Assembly: GCA_963792965.1 (NCBI GenBank) | Contig: CAWBYW010000026.1 | Coordinates: 1 to 24,199 of the forward strand | Reading direction: 5' to 3' | Length of the DNA stretch: 24,199 bases | Source: an uncultured delta proteobacterium | GTDB taxonomy: Bacteria; Desulfobacterota; Zymogenia; Zymogenales; Zymogenaceae | Shown here: piece after piece, positions 18,131 through 24,199 of the stretch | How positions within the stretch are numbered: the stretch's first letter is position 1 | Layout of the letters: every line of letters begins with the position of its first letter | Notes under the pieces: model-generated | What the model was told of the DNA's origin: nothing | The model's input: only the letters and a program-made list of their open reading frames with translations | Databases searched by the model: none | Program-made: the position numbers and the translations under genes

Positions 18131-19288
18131 ATGGTGCTTTCACGAAGCTTTGAACAGGGCCCCATCCGGCCGCCGAGCGAATCCAAAAGCCTGCTTGTGC
18201 GCGTCACGCGCAACTGCCCGTGGAACAAGTGCGCCTTTTGCCCGATCTACAAGGAGGCGCGTTTCTCGATCCGCGAGGTCGACGAGATCACCGACGACAT
18301 CGACACGATGGCCGCCGTCGCCGACGATGTCCGCGCCCTCTCGTGGAAGCTGGGCGAAGGGGGACACGTAACCGAGGCCGTGGCGCGGGAGGTCTTCTCG
18401 GGGGCGCTCGGGGCCGCGCCGGGGCCGAAATACATCGCCTACTGGCTCTTTGCGGGCGGCACGAGCGTCTTTCTTGCAGGATGCCAACAGCCTCGTCATG
18501 AAGCCCGGGGAGCTCTGTGAGGTGTTGTCCTACCTCAAAGGAAAAGTTCCCCTTTGTGGAGCGGATCACCACCTACGCGCGCTCGGCCACCGTCGCCCGC
18601 ATGCGGCATCGAAGACCTGAGATCACTGAAGGATGCGGGCCTGACGCGGGTGCACATCGGGCTTGAGAGCGGGTCGGACGAGGTGCTGAAATTCATGAAA
18701 AAGGGGACGACGGCCGATCAGCACATCAGGGGCGGAAACAACGTCGTGGAGGCGGGGCTGGAGCTTTCCGAATACGTCATGCCGGGGCTCGGGGGAAAGC
18801 GCTGGACAAAGGAGCACGCCATCGAGACCGCCCGCGTCCTGAACGCGGTCAACCCGCGCTTTATCCGCCTCCGTTCGCTCCACGTCCACCGGGCCATGCC
18901 GCTGTTTGCGGACGTCGAGGCGGGAAGGTTCGAGCTTCTGAGCGACGACGAGGTCGCCCGCGAGATCCGCCTCTTCCTGGAAACACTCGACGGGATCCAG
19001 AGCACCATCGTCTCCGACCACATCCTCAACCTGCTGGAAGAGGTGGAAGGGACGCTCCCCGAAGAAAAAGACCGAATGCTCTCGGTCATCGACACCTACA
19101 GCACGCTCCCCGAGTCCGACCGGCTCCTCTTTGTCCTCGCGCGGCGGGCGGGGCTGGCGCGTTCCACGGCGGACCTGGCCGATGTCCATCTCAGGACGAG
19201 GGCCGAGAGAATACGTGAGCGCCTCGGGATCGCCCGGATTGCCGAGGCCGCCGAGAAGGCCAGGGTGCTCATGGATGGCTATATATAG
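18131..19288 (+). CDS. Radical SAM protein, about 384 aa after removing three single-base insertions (near 18470, 18538, 18603)
   Basis: EQGPIRPPSE..SLLVRVTRNCPWNKCAFC cluster motif; FLQDANSLV and RITTYARS in shifted frames; HIGLESGSD, YVMPGLGG, SDHILNLL. Confidence 0.85.
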
Positions 19289-19351
19289 CCGCATCGGAAG
19301 GGTATCCGCTGCGGCATCTAACTTTTTTGTCTTTAGCGCACGGGAGGAATT

Positions 19352-21021
19352 ATGAATCGTCTGCGACTCTTTATTATCTTTATCGTCTTCATCCTCATCT
19401 CTTCCGTCTCTTCGTTTGCCCAGGAGACCACAAGCCCGGTAAAGATCGGCTGGATCATGGACAGCCGCGGCATGGGAGACGGCGGGTTCAACGACGCCGT
19501 CAACACGGTGCTTTCCGAAATCTCGCAGAAACAGCCCGTCACCATCGTCCGGGTACCGAGGCTTGACCTTTATGCCGATAAGACCGTGGCGGACCTCCTT
19601 GCCGTGGGGGTATCGATCGTCATCGCCTCCGACGAAGGCGGCATGAACGGCGCGATGTCCGAGGCCGCCCGGAAAAATCCGGACGTGAAATTCATCCTCG
19701 TCGGTACCGAGGGCGCCCCCCTCACCAACCTTGCCTCGATTATCTTTGAGGAGGACGAGGCGGGATATATGGCGGGCTTTATGGCCGGGACGATTACCAA
19801 AACCAATAAGCTCGGCTTCATCGGCGGGGCCGTCTTTGACCCGATCCTGAGGTTCGAGCGCGGGTTCGTGGCGGGTGCGGCGGACGCAAATCGAGACGCC
19901 GAGGTCACTTCCGAGTACATCGAGAAGGGCGAGGATGTCGCCGGGCTCTATGACCGGGACAAGACCAACCAGACGGTTTTGAAGCTCGCCAAGAAGGGAG
20001 TGGACGTAATCTTCGCGGTATCCGGGACCGGCACGCTCGGGGCGATCTCGGCCGCCGAAAAGACGAAGATAGCGGTGATCGGCCTGAGAAACGATGAGGC
20101 GAAGCTCGCGCCGACGGCCGTGGCCGCGTCCGTTATCTACCGGTTCGACACCGCCGTCAAAAAATCGGTCCTTTCGGCGCTTGCCGGCAACCCCATCGGG
20201 GGCGTCTATCTCATGAGTTTCGCAAACGGCGGGTTGGACGTCACGGCTCTTTCACGTGATCTCGGCGCGGACAAGATCAGGAAGATCACGGAGAGAAAGA
20301 CGCTGCTGGCCGCCGGCAAGGTCAGCGTCCCCGACTATCTGACCGAGCGGAGAAAGACCAAGCTCGTCGTCTCCCTGAACATCGATATGCCTCCCTACGA
20401 GTTATATCTGAGAAAGGCCGGCTCTCCGGCTACGTCATTGACGTCATGAAAGAAGCGGGAAAGCGTCTCGGACGCGAGGTGATCTTCAATTCGTTTGCCG
20501 GCACCCGGATTCCGATCGGGCTTGCCGCCACGACATCCGATATCGAACCGATGGTGATGATCGACGAGGACAGGACCGCCTCATTCCTCACCGGGGAGCC
20601 CTGGGGAGTCACCGAGTCGGTCCTCGTGGTCAGGAAGAGCAAGCTTGTGCCCAAGGAGATATTTGAGCTGATCAGTAAGAATGTGGGCGTGGTGTCCGGC
20701 AGCGTAGAGGAGCGTTATACCCGCAAGCTCCCCGGCATCTTTTCGACCGGGCTTTCTTCGACGGAGCTCTGCCTCATGGCGCTGGCCGGGGGCCAGATCG
20801 ACGCCGCCGTTGTCGACAAAGACGCCGCGACTTTTTTCCTCTCCGGAACACTGAAGCGTGAGAAATTGATCATGATCAAGAAACCGGTTCTCATCTCCCC
20901 CTACGCCGTCGCGATGCCCAAGCCCGGTGATCCGGCCTTTCTGGCCGACATCGACGGGATCCTCAAATCGATGAAGGACGACGGTACCCTCAAGAAGATT
21001 GCCAAGCGGTGGCTTGAGTAG
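19352..21021 (+). CDS. Secreted fusion of a BMP/PnrA-like solute-binding domain and a family-3 (amino-acid type) solute-binding domain, split by indel(s) at about 20400-20415
   Basis: BMP motifs GDGGFN, EAGYMAG, KLGFIGG, GVDVIF; then KLVVSLNIDMPPYE continuing as GRLSGYVIDVMKEAGKRLG in the frame of the 20446 ORF, ending MKDDGTLKKIAKRWL. Confidence 0.75.
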
Positions 21022-21052
21022 CCCGTCATACACGGGACTCTCGGGGGCGGTT

Positions 21053-23714
21053 GTGGAAGTAATCACCACACATGTCAACGCCGACTTCGATGCGATGGCC
21101 TCGATGCTGGCGGCCAAGAAGCTCTACCCCGACGCCGTGGTAACCTTTTCCGGCTCCCAGGAAAAGGGGCTGAGGGATTTCTTTGTCCGCTCCACCTTCT
21201 ATGCCTTTAATTTTACCCGGCTTAAGAACGTCAACTTAGCCGAGGTAAAACGCCTCATCCTCGTGGACATCAGGCAAAAGGATCGAATCGGCCCCTTTGG
21301 AAAGCTCCTTGAAAAAGAAGGGGTCGACGTCCACATTTACGATCACCATCCCCCCAGCGACAAAGACATCCGAGGGTCGCTTGAGGTCATCAGCCCGGTG
21401 GGAGCCACAACCACTATATTTGCCGAGATCTTCAAAGAGCGCGGAATTTCTCTCACGTCCGATGAGGCCACGATCATGATGCTCGGGATCTACGAGGACA
21501 CCGGCTCCCTTACCTTCACTTCCACCACCCCCAATGACCTTGAGGCCGCGGCGTATCTTTTAGCCTCGGGCGCCAACCTGAACATCGTCTCCGACATGCT
21601 CACCCAGGAGCTCACCGCCGAACAGGTGGAGCTGTTGGGAGAGCTCCTCCAAAATCGCGAGATCGTCACGGTCAACGGCATCGACATCACGATCATCTCG
21701 ATCACGAAAGAATCGTACGTCGGGGACCTCGCCATCCTTGTGCACAAGATCAAGGACATGGAGAATCTCAACGCCCTGTTTGTCCTGGCCTTGCTGGGCG
21801 ACCGAACGTATCTGGTTGCCCGCAGCCGCATCGACGAGGTGGACGCGGGCGAGATCGCGCTGGCATTCGGGGGCGGCGGGCATGCCACCGCGGCCTCGGC
21901 CTCGATATCCGGGCTCACCCTCATCGAGGCCAAAGAGAAACTCCTGCGGGTCCTGCATGACAAGGTCAATCCGGTCAGGACCGCGGCCGAGATCATGTCC
22001 TTCCCGGTCAAATCGGTCACCGCCGACGTCACCCTCAAGGACGCCTCCGAGATTCTGACCCGATACAACGTCAACGTGCTGGCGGTCGTGGGTCCGGGAG
22101 ACCTTCTCTTGGGAACGATCTCCCGCCAGACGATCGAGCGGGGCCTCGTTCACGGGATGGGGTGGCTGGCCGTACGGGAGTTCATGAACGCCGAGGTCGC
22201 CACGGTGACCCCGGATACACCGCTGTTGGATATCCAGGCCCTCATCATAGACAGAAACCAGCGGTTTCTTGCCGGTGGTTTCCGATTCGAAGCTTGTCGG
22301 CGCCATAACGAGGACAGACCTGATGCGCGCCCTCTACTACGGGGCGGCGCCGAGGGGCCGCTCGCCCGACGATGAGCTGGAGGCGGGGGCGCTCTTCCGC
22401 ACAAAATCGGTTGTCAAGCTGATGGAGGAGCGGCTCAGCCCCCGGATCATGGAGATCCTGAAGGATCTCGGCGCGGCGGCCGATGAGCTCGGGTTCAACG
22501 CCTACGCCGTCGGCGGGTTCGTCCGGGACCTGTGGCTGAGACGCGACAACTTCGATATCGACGTGGTGATCGAGGGAGACGGGATCGCCTTTGCCCGGCA
22601 CCTCGAAAAGACGAGGGGTACCAAGACCAGGCCTCACGAGAAGTTCGGCACCGCCGTCGTCGTCTACCCCGACGGGTTCAAAGTCGACATCGCCACGGCG
22701 CGAACCGAATATTACCAATACCCCGGGGCGCTGCCGGTGGTCGAGGGCTCGACGCTGAAGCTCGACCTCTACCGCAGGGATTTCAGCATCAACACGCTGT
22801 CGGTACGGCTCAATCCGAAGGGCTTCGGGATGCTCATCGATTTCTTCGGCGCCCTCAGAGACCTGAAGGACAGGGTCATACGGGTCATTCAGAACCTTTC
22901 ATTCGTGGAAGACCCCACCCGGATCTTTCGGGCGATTCGGTTTGAGCAGCGGTTTGACTTCCACATCGGAAAGCAGACCGAAAAGCTAATCAAGAACGCC
23001 GTAAAACTCAACGTCTTTGATAAGCTGGCCGGCGTCAGGCTTCATTCCGAGCTGATGCTCATATTCGACGAGGAGAACCCCTACGCCATCATCGAGCGGT
23101 TGTGGACCTTCGACCTGCTGAAGTTCATCCATCCGGACCTCAGGACCAGCGAATCGATGGAAGATCTCTTTTCGGGTGTCAAGGAGGTGTCGTCGTGGTA
23201 TGAGCTCCTCTTCCTCGGCGAGCCTTATGATAAGAGGAGGCTTTATCTCTTCGCCCTCATCTGGAACCTCGATCCCAACCAGAGAAAGGAGCTGCTGCTG
23301 CGTCTCATGGTAAACCCCCATGAGCAGGAAACGATCCTCGATCAGCTGGCAGGCATCGTCGTGGCCGCCCGAAGGCTGTCGGTGGCCCGGCAACTGCCCC
23401 CGAGCGAGATCTACCAGATCTTGACTCACCTGAAACTGGACACCCTCCTTTTCATGATGGCGATCGGCACAAAGGACACATTCAAGCGATATATATCGCT
23501 TTTCATCACCCGGCTCAAAGAGACGAAGGTCGAGACCAACGGCGAAGATCTCCTTTCGCTCGGCCTGGAGCCGGGGACCATCTTTTCGGCCATCTTCCAC
23601 GATCTCCTCATGAAGCGGCTGGACGGAAAGGTGAGCGACAAGGAATCCGAGCTGCGCTACGTCAGGGATACCTATCTCAAAAAAGGGCCGTCCTCGGGCG
23701 TAGTTTCTCCTTGA
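21053..23714 (+). CDS. DHH/DHHA1-CBS-tRNA nucleotidyltransferase (probable A-adding enzyme), about 886 aa after removing one extra T at 22265-22267
   Basis: THVNADFDA, YDHH, GIYEDTG, GGGGHATAAS; CBS pair; AVGGFVRD, DIDVV, DIATARTEYY, DLYRRDFSIN, SFVEDPTRIFRAIRF. Confidence 0.9.
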
Positions 23715-23741
23715 CTTATTGGTGCATGCTGTGGTTATAAT
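23711..23741 (+). promoter_or_regulatory. Candidate sigma70 promoter
   Basis: TTGACT-19 nt-TATAAT; perfect -10 but a long spacer. Confidence 0.45.
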
Positions 23742-23918
23742 TTAACGTAGACAAGTCGGGCAATGTGTGCCACCGGCAAGCTTCGCTGTGCCGGTGCAGT
23801 AGTTATATATAGCAGGAGTCGGGGCTGTGCCATTGGCGCGGCACCCGGCACGAAAACTCGACCCGATGCGGCCACCGTCCCGGTCGATCCGTAGAGCATC
23901 CTTCTTTTGGAGGTTATT

Positions 23919-24199
23919 CTGGATACACTTGCAATCGTAAGACAGGCGCTCCTCTGGATCATCCCGATCATGATCGCGGTGATCTTCCACGAGGTCGCGC
24001 ACGGTTACGTCGCGCTCAAGCTTGGCGATACTACGGCCCGGGACATGGGCAGGCTCACGCTCAACCCCATACCCCATATCGATCCGATCGGGACCATCCT
24101 GATCCCCGGCCTCCTCATTCTGATACATGCCGGTTTTGTCTTCGGCTACGCCCGGCCCGTCCCGGTTAATTTTTTCAGGCTCCGAAACCCCAAGAGGGG
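23919..24199 (+). CDS. Site-2 protease (peptidase M50), 3' end outside window; probable CTG start
   Basis: Not in the ORF track; hand translation gives DTLAIVRQALLWIIPIMIAVIFHEVAHGYVALKLGDTTARDMGRLTLNPIPHIDPIGT...FGYARPVPVN. SD GGAGG at 23909-23913. Confidence 0.92.
   Translation, partial: MDTLAIVRQALLWIIPIMIAVIFHEVAHGYVALKLGDTTARDMGRLTLNPIPHIDPIGTILIPGLLILIHAGFVFGYARPVPVNFFRLRNPKR

Noticed and set aside
8457-21021. Genome-wide reassignment of TAG or TGA
   Set aside because: TAG terminates pyk, fabG, URO-D copy 1 and others, and TGA terminates lgt and glycerate kinase, all at expected protein ends.

Overview
GC-rich (roughly 60%, by eye) bacterial chromosomal window, most consistent with an anaerobic deltaproteobacterium/Desulfobacterota-like organism (inference). 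No rRNA, tRNA, CRISPR array or recognisable mobile element. Gene order: (-) FGE-sulfatase-domain protein and zinc-ribbon membrane protein; (+) glycerate kinase, EI24/CysZ-like protein, SH3 protein, ADP-forming acyl-CoA ligase alpha, lgt, pyk, two tandem URO-D-family paralogs, two SH3 paralogs; (-) fabG-like, ACP, FabZ-like; (+) haloalkane dehalogenase and a DUF3179 protein; (-) AT-rich islet with two paralogous membrane proteins; (+) radical SAM protein, BMP/family-3 solute-binding fusion, DHH-CBS tRNA nucleotidyltransferase and a partial site-2 protease. The strongest hidden signal is a selenoprotein the ORF track splits in two: an in-frame TGA gives a U-P-S-C motif in the DUF3179 gene, followed by a SECIS-like hairpin. 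Other leads are an in-frame TAG inside a conserved SH3 gene, a ketosynthase-less aryl-polyene-type ACP/FabG/His-less FabZ cassette, a two-domain solute-binding protein and a probable CTG start codon. At least eight genes carry single-base indels that look like long-read errors, so single-base claims need read-level checking.
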